Source: an uncultured Alphaproteobacteria bacterium (lineage in GTDB: Bacteria > Pseudomonadota > Alphaproteobacteria > Sphingomonadales > Sphingomonadaceae). Taken from it: 64,000 bases of DNA. The notes below the pieces were generated by a model. That model had not been told where the DNA came from. It made no database searches and was given only the letters and a program-made list of their open reading frames with translations. The stretch spans positions 185,065 to 249,064 of the forward strand of contig CAWJMA010000007.1 of the NCBI GenBank assembly GCA_963843855.1, in the 5' to 3' direction. Positions 19,792-30,198 of this stretch are shown in pieces (positions within the stretch are counted from its first letter, which is position 1; each line of letters begins with the position of its first letter). Position numbers and translations under genes: made by a program.

Positions 19792-20745
19792 ATGAGTATC
19801 ACCGTCGCCGTCCAGATGGATCCGTTGGAATCAATCGCCATCGCCGGTGATTCCACTTTTACGCTCATGCTTGGCGCGCAGGCGCGCGGGCATCGCCTAT
19901 TTCACTATCTGGCCACCGACCTGACCTATGAAGATGGCCGCGTTCGCGCCAGCGCCCGTCCTGTCACGCTGCGCCCCGAACAGGGCAGCCACTTCGCCGC
20001 TGGCGAAGCCGTTCCGCTCGACCTGGGAAGCGACGTCGACGTCGTCCTGATGCGGCAGGATCCGCCATTCGACATCGGCTACATCACCGCCACATATCTG
20101 CTCGAGCGAGTGGCGCGCGAAACCTTGGTAGTCAACGATCCGCGCAATGTGCGCGATGCGCCTGAAAAGCTGTTCGTCCTCGATTTCGCGCAATTCATGC
20201 CGCCGACCATGATCAGCCGAAGCCTCGCCGAAATTCGTGCCTTCCATGCCAAGCATGGCGAGGTCGTCGTCAAACCGCTGCATGGCAAGGCGGGCGAAGG
20301 GGTTTTCCGGATCGGCATCGACGGCACCAACCTGACGGCGCTGGCGGAGCTGTTCAGCGCCATCGCCCGCGAGCCGTTCATCGTTCAAGCGTTCCTCCCG
20401 GCGGTCAGCGACGGCGACAAGCGGATCATCCTGATCGACGGTGTTGCGGTCGGCGCCATCAATCGCCGACCCGGCAAGGGTGAATTCCGTTCGAACCTAG
20501 CCGCTGGTGGCACTGCCGAAGCAACCGGCCTGACGCCGCGCGAAAAGGAAATCTGCGACGCGCTCGGCCCCGAATTGAAGGCGCGCGGTCTTGTCTTCGT
20601 CGGGATCGACGTGATCGGCGGACACCTGACCGAGATCAATGTCACCTCACCCACCGGCATCGTCGCGCTCGACAAGTTCAACGGCAGCGATACGCCATCC
20701 CTGTTCTGGGACGCGGTCGAAGCCCGTCTCGCGACGAAGGCCTGA
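19792..20745 (+). CDS. gshB: Glutathione synthetase
   Basis: VQMDPL, LMRQDPPFD, PEKL, VVKPLHG, FRSNLAAGG, GIDVIGGHLTEINVTSPTG. Confidence 0.96.
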   Translation: MSITVAVQMDPLESIAIAGDSTFTLMLGAQARGHRLFHYLATDLTYEDGRVRASARPVTLRPEQGSHFAAGEAVPLDLGSDVDVVLMRQDPPFDIGYITATYLLERVARETLVVNDPRNVRDAPEKLFVLDFAQFMPPTMISRSLAEIRAFHAKHGEVVVKPLHGKAGEGVFRIGIDGTNLTALAELFSAIAREPFIVQAFLPAVSDGDKRIILIDGVAVGAINRRPGKGEFRSNLAAGGTAEATGLTPREKEICDALGPELKARGLVFVGIDVIGGHLTEINVTSPTGIVALDKFNGSDTPSLFWDAVEARLATKA

Positions 20746-20748
20746 GCG

Positions 20749-21351
20749 ATGGGTGAGTGGGTCGTCCGCCTGATCGAACAATCGGGTTATCTCGGCATCG
20801 GGTTTCTGATGTTCCTCGAAACCATCTTTCCGCCCATTCCGTCCGAAGTGATCATGCCGGTCGCGGGTCTGGCCGCGGCCCACGGCAAGCTCCACTTCTG
20901 GGGTGTCGTCGCGAGCGGCACAGGCGGCGCGATGCTCGGCAACATTGTCTGGTATCTTGGGGCGCGTGCGCTTGGAATCGACCGACTGCAGCCATTCATC
21001 GAGCGCTGGGGACGTTGGCTCGGCATGACCTGGCCGGAGGTGCAGCGCGCCGAGGGCTGGTTCCGCGACAATGGCACCTTCTTCGTCTTCCTGGGGCGGA
21101 TGTTACCGACGGTGCGGTCGCTGGTTTCGGTTCCGGCCGGATTGCTCCGGATGCGCTTCAAGACCTTTGTCATTGCTTCAACCATCGGAACCGCCGGATG
21201 GACAGCCTTGCTTGCACTTGCAGGCCTGAAGCTTGGCGAGAATTACAAGGACATCGACAAGGTCATCGGACCGGCATCCAACGCGATCCTGGCCCTGTTG
21301 GCAATTGCTTACCTATGGCGTCTTTGGACGCATCGGCCGCGCGAAAGCTGA
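20749..21351 (+). CDS. DedA family membrane protein
   Basis: FLETIFPPIPSE, FLGRMLPTVRSLVSVPAG. Confidence 0.92.
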   Translation: MGEWVVRLIEQSGYLGIGFLMFLETIFPPIPSEVIMPVAGLAAAHGKLHFWGVVASGTGGAMLGNIVWYLGARALGIDRLQPFIERWGRWLGMTWPEVQRAEGWFRDNGTFFVFLGRMLPTVRSLVSVPAGLLRMRFKTFVIASTIGTAGWTALLALAGLKLGENYKDIDKVIGPASNAILALLAIAYLWRLWTHRPRES

Positions 21352-21518
21352 TCGACCTCGGTCAGGATTGTCATTCTTTTCGAGTAACTTGGTCGTTTCC
21401 GGAAAGCTCCAAATCGGCGCTTTAAGAGCGCCTTTACCGCACGCAGGCCACGCCGTCCCTGCCATCGCGGGGAGGCCGATCATCCCCACAATCCCTTCCC
21501 GCTTCGGCGCCCTTGCTT

Positions 21519-22454
21519 TCAAGCTCGCGGATGCGCGTGGCGATAAATATCGAGCAACTGGGCGGCATCGACCTCGGTGTATATTTGAGTCGATGAGAGA
21601 CTGGCATGACCAAGCAGTTCCTGAAGCGATCGTAGATCGGCGCCGCCGGCCAGCAAATGGGTCGCGAAACTGTGGCGAAGTGCGTGCGGAGTAAGCGTGT
21701 CGGGCAATCCGAGCCGCTGGCGCGCTGCACGAACCGCGCGCCGAACCAGGTCCGGATTGAGCGGCCCGCCGCGCGCACCGACAAACAGCGGCAACTGACC
21801 GGACAGCGGATAGGGGCAGGCCGCAGCATAGGCCGATATCGCTTCGCGTACCGCATCAACGACCGGCACGACGCGGGTCTTGCCGCGCTTGCCGGTGACC
21901 CTGAGGGCCTTACCGATTGGAAGCGCATTGCCGGTTAGCGAAAGCGCCTCGGCCACCCGCAAGCCTGATCCGTAAAGCAACAGCAGGATCGCCATGTCGC
22001 GCGCGCCGACCCACCCTTCGGTGGCGTCGCCGGCGTCCGCCGCAAGCGCCTGAACGTCCTGCGGGCTTGCCGGTCGCGGAAGGGTGCGGGGTCGTTTCGG
22101 AGCGCGTGTGCGGGGGAGCTGCGGCAACGTGCCGCTGTCTTCCGCGACGAACGTCAGGAAGGCGCGCACAGCCGACATTTCACGGGCTGCGGATGAGGCA
22201 CCAAGTCCTTCGGCACGCCGCTGGGCCAGAAAGGCACGTAAATCCTGCGCAGCGATGTTGAGGAGGCTGTAACGGCCGACTTCTTCGCCGCGATATTCAC
22301 CGAGGAATTCGAGAAAGCGATGCGCCGTCGCGACATAAGCACGCACCGTATGAGGTGAGCGGCGGCGGTCATGGGCAAGGTGGTCCGACCAGCGGGCAGC
22401 AGTAGCCCGCGCCGGATGGCCCGTCAGACCGTCGTCGTTCCCTCGATCACGCAC
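21519..22454 (-). CDS. xerC: Tyrosine recombinase XerC (start 22454 GTG or 22427 CTG)
   Basis: LLYGSGLRVAE, TGKRGKTRVVP, TPHALRHSFATHLL, LLGHASLSSTQIY; directly downstream of DUF484. Confidence 0.9.
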   Translation of the reverse strand: MRDRGNDDGLTGHPARATAARWSDHLAHDRRRSPHTVRAYVATAHRFLEFLGEYRGEEVGRYSLLNIAAQDLRAFLAQRRAEGLGASSAAREMSAVRAFLTFVAEDSGTLPQLPRTRAPKRPRTLPRPASPQDVQALAADAGDATEGWVGARDMAILLLLYGSGLRVAEALSLTGNALPIGKALRVTGKRGKTRVVPVVDAVREAISAYAAACPYPLSGQLPLFVGARGGPLNPDLVRRAVRAARQRLGLPDTLTPHALRHSFATHLLAGGADLRSLQELLGHASLSSTQIYTEVDAAQLLDIYRHAHPRA

Positions 22455-22999
22455 CGGCGCATCATAGACGCGACTGTGGCTGCGAGGAACAGCAGAAGGT
22501 CGCCGGACTGCGCCTGCTCGATTTGCGGGGCTTCATGTTGCCCCATCGCGATCAGCCCGTACGGCATCGGCGCCCGGGATTCGAACCGGATCAGCGATTC
22601 GGCGCGGATTGCTCCGGCCCCATCTCCGAACAAGGGATGACCGCAGTCGGTCGTTCGAAACGTGATCGCCCCAAGGTTGGCGATGGTGCGATCGATCACC
22701 GGACGCGAAAATTCGCCGACGCCGGCGGCATCGGCGCGGAACGCCCGTCCACCGATGACGAACGCCAACGCGACCGTATCGACACCCAGAATGGCGGGCC
22801 AATCGCCCGTCACGACGGCAATCAGCTCATTCAGGCTGTGAGCGTCCATTGCTGCCAGTACGGCTGCGTGAATGGTGGCGACGGCGCCCGAATGGTCACG
22901 TGCAAAAGCGGCAAGATTTGCGCGCGCGCTTTCGACCGCGCCAAGCCGGTCGCGCAACCGGGCCACTGCCCGTTCTTCGAAGCCGATCACTTGCCCCAT
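22424..22999 (-). CDS. DUF484 family (GAF-like) protein
   Basis: N-terminal coiled coil, GAF-like body, typical position upstream of xerC. Confidence 0.75.
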   Translation of the reverse strand: MGQVIGFEERAVARLRDRLGAVESARANLAAFARDHSGAVATIHAAVLAAMDAHSLNELIAVVTGDWPAILGVDTVALAFVIGGRAFRADAAGVGEFSRPVIDRTIANLGAITFRTTDCGHPLFGDGAGAIRAESLIRFESRAPMPYGLIAMGQHEAPQIEQAQSGDLLLFLAATVASMMRRCVIEGTTTV

Positions 23000-23051
23000 C
23001 GCGCCATGAATAACGCGACAGGGTTAAAAAATTGGGTTCGTCCGGCATCGA

Positions 23052-23703
23052 TCAGATCTTCTGACCGGTGGCTTCCCAATCCTTGAGAAAGGAGGCGATT
23101 CCGGAATCGGTCAGCGGGTGTTTGAACAACTGCCAGATCACCGACGGCGGCGCCGTCATCACGTCGGCGCCAATCTTGGCACTTTCCAGGATGTGGGCCG
23201 GACTGCGCACGCTGGCGACCAGTATCTGGGTCGCGAAATCGTAATTGTCGTAGATCATCCGGATATCGCCGATCAGATCGATTCCGAGATGGCCGATGTC
23301 GTCGAGTTCGACCGACGAACGGCGAGATGAATGTCGCCCCCGCCTTGGCCGCCAGCAACGCCTGGTTGGCTGAAAAGCAGAGCGTCACGTTCACCATCGT
23401 CCCGTCGCTCGACAATTTCTTGCAAGTCCGCAGGCCATCGGGCGTCAGCGGCACCTTGATCGTGATATTATCGGCGATTTTTCGCAGTTTCTCGGCTTCT
23501 CGCATCATTCCATCATGGTCCAGGCTGACGACTTCGGCCGACACCGGGCCAGCGACGACGGCTGCGATCTCCTTGACGACCTCCATGAAATCACGCCCCG
23601 ATTTCTTGATCAGTGACGGGTTGGTCGTCACACCGTCGAGCAGGCCAGAATCGGCAAGCTTCTTGATGTCTTCGATCTCTGCGGTGTCGGCGAAGAATTT
23701 CAT
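23052..23703 (-). CDS. fsa: Fructose-6-phosphate aldolase / transaldolase (FSA/TalC type); +1 frameshift at about 23308
   Basis: [30 protein letters not shown]. Removing one base from GAGTTC (23304-23309) gives SPFVGRLDDIG and joins ORF 23052-23258. Confidence 0.92.
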
Positions 23704-23798
23704 GAGCGTGGCCTGTCCTTACGGTTCTAGGGAAATTTGCATCAGGATAGCGGCTGGGGCCAAGAAGGTCACCCGCTTTGCGGCAGGAGACAGGTGAA

Positions 23799-24569
23799 AT
23801 GAGCGAACATGTGCTGGTCAGCAAGAACGAAGCGGGGTGCCTGTCGATTACGCTTGCACGGCCCGAACGACGCAACGCGATCACAGTCGCAATGTATGCC
23901 GCAATGGCCGATGCGATCGAACGAGCCGGTGAGGATGATGACGTCCGGCTGGTAACGATCGAGGGTGCGGGCGACGATTTTACGGCCGGCAACGATTTGT
24001 CCGATTTCCTGCAGGCAATGCCGGCACCGGGGTCGGACACCGATATTCCCGTGTGGAGATTCCTGCGCGCGATAGCGAAAAACAAGGTTCCGGTCGTCGC
24101 CGCCGTTCACGGCAATGCGGTCGGAATCGGCACGACGATGCTGCTTCATTGCGACCTTGTTCTCGTTGAGCAGGGGGCGCGGCTGGTGATGCCGTTCGTC
24201 GATCTCGGCTTGGTCCCAGAGGCCGCGAGCAGCCTGATCCTGCCGAGGATCGCCGGTCGCCGAGCCGCCGCGCGCTATTTGTTGCTCGGCGAGGATATGG
24301 GGGCCGAGGAGGCATTGGACGCGGGGATCGCAAGCCATCTGGTCGAACGTGGCAAACTGGGTGAGACACTGGAAAAGGTTGTCGTCGCGCTGCTGTCCAA
24401 GCCTAAGGAGGCGTTACGCCAGACCCAGGCGTTGTTAAGGCAGGAGTTGATCGACGATGTACTCGACCGGATGAACGTCGAGAACGGCCATTTCGCGGAG
24501 CGGCTGGCGTCCGAGGAAGTCAAACAGGCAATCGCCACCTTTTTTGCGGCGCGAGCGGCAAAGACTTGA
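23799..24569 (+). CDS. Enoyl-CoA hydratase/isomerase family protein
   Basis: RPERRNAIT, FTAGNDL, GNAVGIG, GLVPEAASS crotonase motifs. Confidence 0.9.
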   Translation: MSEHVLVSKNEAGCLSITLARPERRNAITVAMYAAMADAIERAGEDDDVRLVTIEGAGDDFTAGNDLSDFLQAMPAPGSDTDIPVWRFLRAIAKNKVPVVAAVHGNAVGIGTTMLLHCDLVLVEQGARLVMPFVDLGLVPEAASSLILPRIAGRRAAARYLLLGEDMGAEEALDAGIASHLVERGKLGETLEKVVVALLSKPKEALRQTQALLRQELIDDVLDRMNVENGHFAERLASEEVKQAIATFFAARAAKT

Positions 24570-24970
24570 TCAGGTCGCGATCCACACTCGCTTCGACCGG
24601 CTCACGCTGATCAACGGACCTGGAATCAGCAGCAGACTGGTTTGCTGCGAATAGGTCACCGTCAGGTCCAGATAGTTCGCACCGTCCGCCGTGCCCTGAA
24701 CGGGGGTTGGAATGCTAAAATTGCCTGGGCCGATACCGTAAACGGCGTCCTGAATACGGTTCTGGATCACGGTGTTGGTCGGCTTGGGGAATAAAGCGTC
24801 GCCGTACGCGCCCCTTCGCCGAGCCCGTGCTGGATGCCCGACATTGCGCGAAAGACCAGTCCAAGCTGCACGATCATCCACATCAGCAGGATCAGCGCCG
24901 GAAGCGCGAACGCCATTTCGATCACGGCCGCGCCATGTTCGTCGCGGCGGAGTTTGCGAAGGTTGCGCAT
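24570..24970 (-). pseudogene. TadE/TadG-like Flp pseudopilin, frameshifted at about 24790 (pseudogene or sequencing error)
   Basis: GAAVIEMAFALP prepilin motif in ORF 24767-24970; the C-terminal half (PKPTNTVIQ...LTVTY...SRSKRVW) is in another frame (24570-24881). Confidence 0.75.
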
Positions 24971-24972
24971 GA

Positions 24973-25491
24973 TCAGTGGGTCCTCATTCCGGCCTTGGCC
25001 TCGATCCGGTATTTTCCGCCATTATCGATCCCGGTGAAGTGTAGCGGAAAGACCGGTTCGTAGTCGCTCCAGACTGTCGACTTGGATCCAGCGACGTTCA
25101 CCGGTTTGGCTGCGGAAGGCAATCCAGTTCACCATCGCCATCCAGGTCAGTGGTCGACACGACGCCGTCGCATTCCAGTCGGTGCGTGACAGTCACATTG
25201 GCCGAGGTAATCGGTGACGTACTTGCACGACGCCATTCGCGTCGGTGCCATTGACCTGGCAGACAACTTCATTGGCAATCGTGCTCTCGACACTCAGGAC
25301 GCCCGTCGTCTGCATGACCTTTTCGACGGCGCGCTGGGCGCCCTGCTCGAGCACCAGCTTGCGGCCGAACCCGTTAGACATATCGACGATGCCGATAGTC
25401 ATCAATGCCAGCACCGGCGCGACGAACGCAAGTTCAATGATTGCTGCGCCATCGATGTCGCCGCGAAAAGCGTTCGGATACGCCGGATCAT
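24973..25491 (-). pseudogene. TadE-like Flp pseudopilin needing four frame corrections (pseudogene or sequencing error)
   Basis: Reconstructed MIRRIRTL..DGAAIIELAFVAPVLALM..EQGAQRAVE..HRLECDG..RWIQVTVWSDYEPVFP..AGMRTH; shifts near 25467, 25225, 25110 and 25078. Confidence 0.7.
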
Positions 25492-26799
25492 GCGACCAAC
25501 CTCACCTTCAGCGGCGACTGGATGGGGCGAATGCCATACATGTCGCAATTCTTCGTGAAATTGTTGCTTCCCGTGTTGCCTGACCAATAGATCCGTTTCG
25601 CGACGAACTGGGTGCAGGTCGCCGAGCCGGTGCCGTCGCCATTGTAAGTGACCTGCTGGCTTGGGAAATAGACGATACCACGGATCTTGTTGGTCGAGTT
25701 ACCATTGATCTTGTTCGGAGCGGTCGCACTGATGTTGCCAGTTGGCGCCATAGTCGACGGCTCGGCTATCCTGATAAATTGCCATGCCTTTCCACTTGCC
25801 ACTTGTCGGCGCGGTAACGTTGAGCTGCGCACTTGCGTTCATGTCAAAGCTGCCGATGGGCGCATTATCGACCGGCAATCGATTTGTAAGCACGATCGTG
25901 GCGTTTTCCAGGTTCAATGAACCCTGTATATTCACGCCGCCACCATCAATGATGTAGGTGCCGTCCTTCAGCGTCAGAGACCGATTGGAGCCGATACTGA
26001 GTGACGAATAGCAGGCGCCGCCCGAAATGACTTGGCCGCTGTTGCTATTCCCGATGCTCAGCGCAGGCGGGGACACTATGCAGTCTTTGAAATCGTCGTT
26101 TTCCGGTTTTAGACTCTTATACGGATCTTCGAGCTGCGGCGAATATGGCTGATAGGATCCGACGTTCCAATTTGCCGACTGCTGAATGCCGCCGGCAGCG
26201 GCGAGAGTTGTCGCCGTGACGCTGGCGCTGCCCTGTCCAGCGGCGGCGTTGGTGGCGGTGCTGTTGGTCATCATGCCGCAATCCATGACTATGCTCGCGT
26301 TACCAGTCGCCTGAATCCCCGTCTTGCTGTTATTCTGCAGGCTGAGGACGCAGAATTCGGCGTTGGTGCCAGCAGCTGCGGCTCGCGCCGAAACGCGGAT
26401 CAGCGGTGCGGATGGCATGAACATCGAACTAAAGGACAGCTGGCGACGGACTGCCAGGGTGACATTGACTTGGTACGCCTTACCGCTCTCGTTCGCGGGA
26501 TAAGCCACATCCTTCTGCACTAGCGGGAAGTCGGTCGTATTCAGAGAGTTGTTGAGCGTAAGATCGTGATCAACGGCCGCTGCGGTCGACGTCGTCGCCC
26601 CTTCTTTCTCCACGCGATTGTACACGCCGGCAATCGCCGCAGAATCGGCGGCGCGCTGCAGCTGGCGCTTCCACAAGGCCCACTGGATCGTATCCGTCGC
26701 AAGACCCGCAGAGCCCAGCAGCAACGGAAGCGCAGCCGCTGCCAACACCAGTGCGTTCCCACGTTTGTCGTTCCAGATTTGCTGCATGAAGTTGCGCAT
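25488..26799 (-). pseudogene. TadG-like Flp pilus assembly/adhesin protein; +1 frameshift at about 25748
   Basis: RGNALVLAAAALP, QLQRAADSAAIAG Tad N-terminal motif; C-terminus continues in ORF 25488-25832 (GIVYFPSQQV...KVRLVA). Confidence 0.8.
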
Positions 26800-26868
26800 T
26801 GCCATTCCTCGTCTTTTCAAGACCAAGGACCCAATTAGGCAATCAAGGTATGCGAACCGTTCAGGGAA

Positions 26869-26887
26869 ATGGTTGACGACATTATAA
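26869..26887 (-). promoter_or_regulatory. CtrA-box-like site upstream of the tad genes
   Basis: Minus strand TTAT-N7-TCAACCAT versus consensus TTAA-N7-TTAAC (2 mismatches), about 70 bp upstream of the tadG-like start. Confidence 0.35.
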
Positions 26888-27010
26888 CCACGATGCCCGC
26901 TATCCCTTGTCGCAAATCCGTCTTATCCCTATAATACAGCGATAGACCTTGCGTGGCCGGGCTGCCGCGTTCAGGCTGGGATGTCCTTGGCCCACAGAAA
27001 GACGAACGAC

Positions 27011-28225
27011 ATGTCGAGCGAAAACGCGATCGAAACGCAGACCGCGACCAAGATCAAGCTGGAACCACCAGAGGCGCTTCAGGCAATCCCGGTTGCGGAA
27101 GCGTCGGGGCTGGTCCCCCTCAAGAACGAGGAGACCAGCGAACTCGACAGCAAGGTCGCCAAATTCGTCGACGAACTCGCCGCGCTCGACAGCAACAGCC
27201 CGGACTTCGGCAAGAAAGTCGACCAGCTGACGGCAATGGGCCGCAAGGAGATCGCCGAGGCGGCGGGCGCGTCCAACCGTTTCCTCGATCGACCCGTCAA
27301 GGCGATCGACAGTGACACCGGGATCGGCGCCGACCTGACCGAACTTCGCCGCACTGTCGAGAAGCTCGACCCCAAGGAAGCCGGACGCGGAATGACCACC
27401 CGCAAGTTCCTCGGGATCATTCCGTTCGGCAACAAGGTGAACAATTATTTCGACAAATATCGCTCGAGCCAGACCCACATCAGCGCGATCCTGAACCGCC
27501 TTGGCAACGGTAAGGACGAATTGCTGATGGACAATGCCGCGATCGACACCGAGCGGTCGCAGCTGTGGAAAACGATGCACAAGCTCGAGCAGATGATCCA
27601 CATCTCCAAAAGCCTTGATCGCCAGTTGGAAGACAAAGCGAACGAGCTTGATGCGGTCGAACCGGCAAAGGCCAAGGCGATCCGCGAGAGCGCGTTATTC
27701 TATACGCGGCAGCGCACCACCGACCTGCTCACCCAGATGGCGGTGACAGTGCAGGGCTATCTTGCGCTCGACCTGGTCAAGAAAAACAATGTCGAGCTGG
27801 TCAAGGGCGTGGACCGCGCATCGACCACAACGGTCGCCGCGCTGCGCACCGCCGTGACGGTGGCGCAGGCGCTGTCGAACCAGAAACTGGTGCTCGAACA
27901 GATTGGCGCGCTCAATACGACGACGGCCGGGATGATCGATACCACCGGCGAGATGCTCAAGAGCCAGACCGGCGCGATCCACGAGCAGGCAGCCTCATCG
28001 ACCATTCCGCTCGAAACGCTGCAGCGCGCCTTCCAGAATATCTACGACACGATGGACCAGATCGACGCGTTCAAGCTCGCCGCGCTGACCAATATGAAGC
28101 AGACCGTCGAAACGCTGGGCAGCGAAGTCGAGAAGTCGAAAGGCTATATCGCGCGTGCCGAGGGCGTTTCGCAGGGTCGCCTGGAAGGCACTGTCTCCCC
28201 CTTCACGCCGATCGAGAAAAAATGA
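27011..28225 (+). CDS. Toxic anion resistance protein (TelA/KlaA family)
   Basis: L..LR..VE.LDP, KFLGIIPF, YFDKYRSSQ.HI..I...L, LALDLVKKNNVELVKGVDRA.TTTV.ALRTAV.VAQAL. Confidence 0.9.
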   Translation: MSSENAIETQTATKIKLEPPEALQAIPVAEASGLVPLKNEETSELDSKVAKFVDELAALDSNSPDFGKKVDQLTAMGRKEIAEAAGASNRFLDRPVKAIDSDTGIGADLTELRRTVEKLDPKEAGRGMTTRKFLGIIPFGNKVNNYFDKYRSSQTHISAILNRLGNGKDELLMDNAAIDTERSQLWKTMHKLEQMIHISKSLDRQLEDKANELDAVEPAKAKAIRESALFYTRQRTTDLLTQMAVTVQGYLALDLVKKNNVELVKGVDRASTTTVAALRTAVTVAQALSNQKLVLEQIGALNTTTAGMIDTTGEMLKSQTGAIHEQAASSTIPLETLQRAFQNIYDTMDQIDAFKLAALTNMKQTVETLGSEVEKSKGYIARAEGVSQGRLEGTVSPFTPIEKK

Positions 28226-29008
28226 ACTTCAACGATCTGACCAAAACGATCGACCGTGCCCGCGACGGAATGGACAATGCTGTCCCTGTCGCCCGCAAGA
28301 CCGACCTCGTTACGCGGCGCGCGGACGATGTAATGCGCCGCCAGGACGAGCGGTCGGGCAGCGTTCGCGCGTCCGCGCGGCGCGAGCGCCAGCGGCTGAA
28401 TGCCGGACTTGCGACGACCGCCAAGCGCATCGCGATTGCGGTCGGCGTCATCAGTCTGCTGACCGTAGCCATCGGCATCATCGTCCCGATCGGAATGTTC
28501 GGATTCCTTGCCGCGGTCGGCATTGCCATTGCGGCGGCCGGTCATGCTTGCCTTTGGCGGGGCCAAGCAGGTCATTGCTCCGACCGTCTCACCTGACCTT
28601 CCCAATGGGCAGATGGTCCAGCAATTCGACAGCTACATCTATCGTACGCGCCGATTGCTGCCCGCGCCCGCGCAGGCCGAGGTTGACGCGATGTCGGCCA
28701 TGCTTCCGGCGCTTCGGCAGACGCTGGAGCGGATTCCCGATAACGACCCCAATGCGCAGGACGCACGACGGCTGATGTCGAGGCACCTGCCCGGCCTGAT
28801 CGACAGCTATCTTCACGTCCCGGGCGCTTATCGGGCCGAGAGCGATGCCGACGGCAACAGTGCGGATCAGCGATTGGTCGAAGCCTTGTCGGCAGGGCGC
28901 GAGGCGCTCAATGACATCGGCGACACCCTGGCCCGCAATGATCTCAACAAGTTCGAGACGCAGGGCCGGTTCATCGAGACCCGCTACAAAGACGAGACGC
29001 TCGACTAG
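28222..29008 (+). CDS. Membrane-anchored helical protein (XpaC-like TelA partner); +1 frameshift at about 28540
   Basis: Coupled to telA (ATGA overlap); two TM segments, then RRLMSRHLP.LIDSYL and KFETQGRFIETRY in ORF 28508-29008. Confidence 0.7.
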
Positions 29009-30198
29009 CCGACGATTCCCTTGGCGCGAAGGTTTGCCAGGGCCTGGTCATCAATCCACTCACTCAGCAAATCGCCATGCCGGCCGAGCGCAGGCGGCGG
29101 CAACGCTGCGTCCTGCCGCTGGCCGTCGATCCTTATTGGCGACCCGATCATCGGCGTTCCATCGACATCCAACCGCATACCGCGATGAACCGACTGCGGA
29201 TCGGACAGCGCTTGCGTCACGCCGTTGATCGGTCCGGCGGGGATGCCCGCTTGTTCCAAAGCCACAAGCCACTCGGCGGCGGGTCTGGTCGCAATGATCG
29301 CCTCGATCCGCGGCACCAACGTCAGCCGATTGGCGACGCGCTGTGCGTTGCTGGCGAAGGCCGGATCGTCTGACCATTCGGGATGGCCAAGGATCGCCGC
29401 CAGCTTGCGGAACTGGCCATCGTTGCCGACCGCGATGATGATCGGCTGGTCGGATGCGGCGAACGGCTGATAGGGAACGATATTGGGATGGCCGACGCCC
29501 TGCCGGCCGGGGTCGCGTCCGCTGATCATCGCGTTCGAGGCCTGGTTGGCGAGCATCGCCAACTGCGTGTCGAACAACGCCATGTCGATCACCGCGCCCT
29601 CGCCTGTTTCCGCCCGGCGATAGAGCGCCGCGAGGATGGCATTGGCGGTGTACATTCCAGTGAATAGGTCAGCTACGGCGACCCCGACGCGCATAGGCGC
29701 ACCGCCCGGAACACCATCGGGAAGGCCGGTCAGGCTCATCAACCCACCCATGCCCTGAATGATATAATCGTATCCGGCACGCTGGGCGTAGGGCCCGTCC
29801 TGACCGAAGCCGGTGATCGATGCGTAGATCAGGCGCGGATTGGACGCGCGCAGGCTATCGGCATCAAGTCCGAATTTCGTCAGCGCGCCAACCCGGAAAT
29901 TCTCGACGAGCACATCGGCATCGGCAGCCATGCGGCGGACCAGCGCAGCGCCTTCTTCAGTCGCAAAATCGATCGCGACGGATTTTTTGCCTCGGTTGGC
30001 GGCGAGGAAATAGGCCGCCACTTGTTCACCTTCCAACTCGTGCCACGGCGGGCCCCAGTGACGCGTGTCGTCACCCGCGCCGGGCTTTTCGACCTTGATC
30101 ACGTCAGCGCCCAGGTCGGCGAGCGTTTGGGTCGCCCACGGTCCCGCGAGCACACGACTGAGATCGAGCACGCGGATTCCGGCGAGCGGCTTGTTCAC
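29005..30198 (-). CDS. CaiB/BaiF class III CoA-transferase
   Basis: PLAGIRVLDLSRVLAGPWATQTLADLGADVIKVE, NRGKKS, ENFRVG, AGYD; GTGA overlap with the upstream gene. Confidence 0.93.
   Translation of the reverse strand: MNKPLAGIRVLDLSRVLAGPWATQTLADLGADVIKVEKPGAGDDTRHWGPPWHELEGEQVAAYFLAANRGKKSVAIDFATEEGAALVRRMAADADVLVENFRVGALTKFGLDADSLRASNPRLIYASITGFGQDGPYAQRAGYDYIIQGMGGLMSLTGLPDGVPGGAPMRVGVAVADLFTGMYTANAILAALYRRAETGEGAVIDMALFDTQLAMLANQASNAMISGRDPGRQGVGHPNIVPYQPFAASDQPIIIAVGNDGQFRKLAAILGHPEWSDDPAFASNAQRVANRLTLVPRIEAIIATRPAAEWLVALEQAGIPAGPINGVTQALSDPQSVHRGMRLDVDGTPMIGSPIRIDGQRQDAALPPPALGRHGDLLSEWIDDQALANLRAKGIVG

Noticed and set aside
21352-21518. ORF 21313-21522 (-) or an sRNA between dedA and xerC
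   Set aside because: No recognisable motif or SD; only a short GGCGCT/AGCGCC hairpin; insufficient support.
21519-22454. Integrase of a mobile element
   Set aside because: DUF484-xerC context and housekeeping flanks indicate chromosomal XerC; no att repeats or cargo seen.
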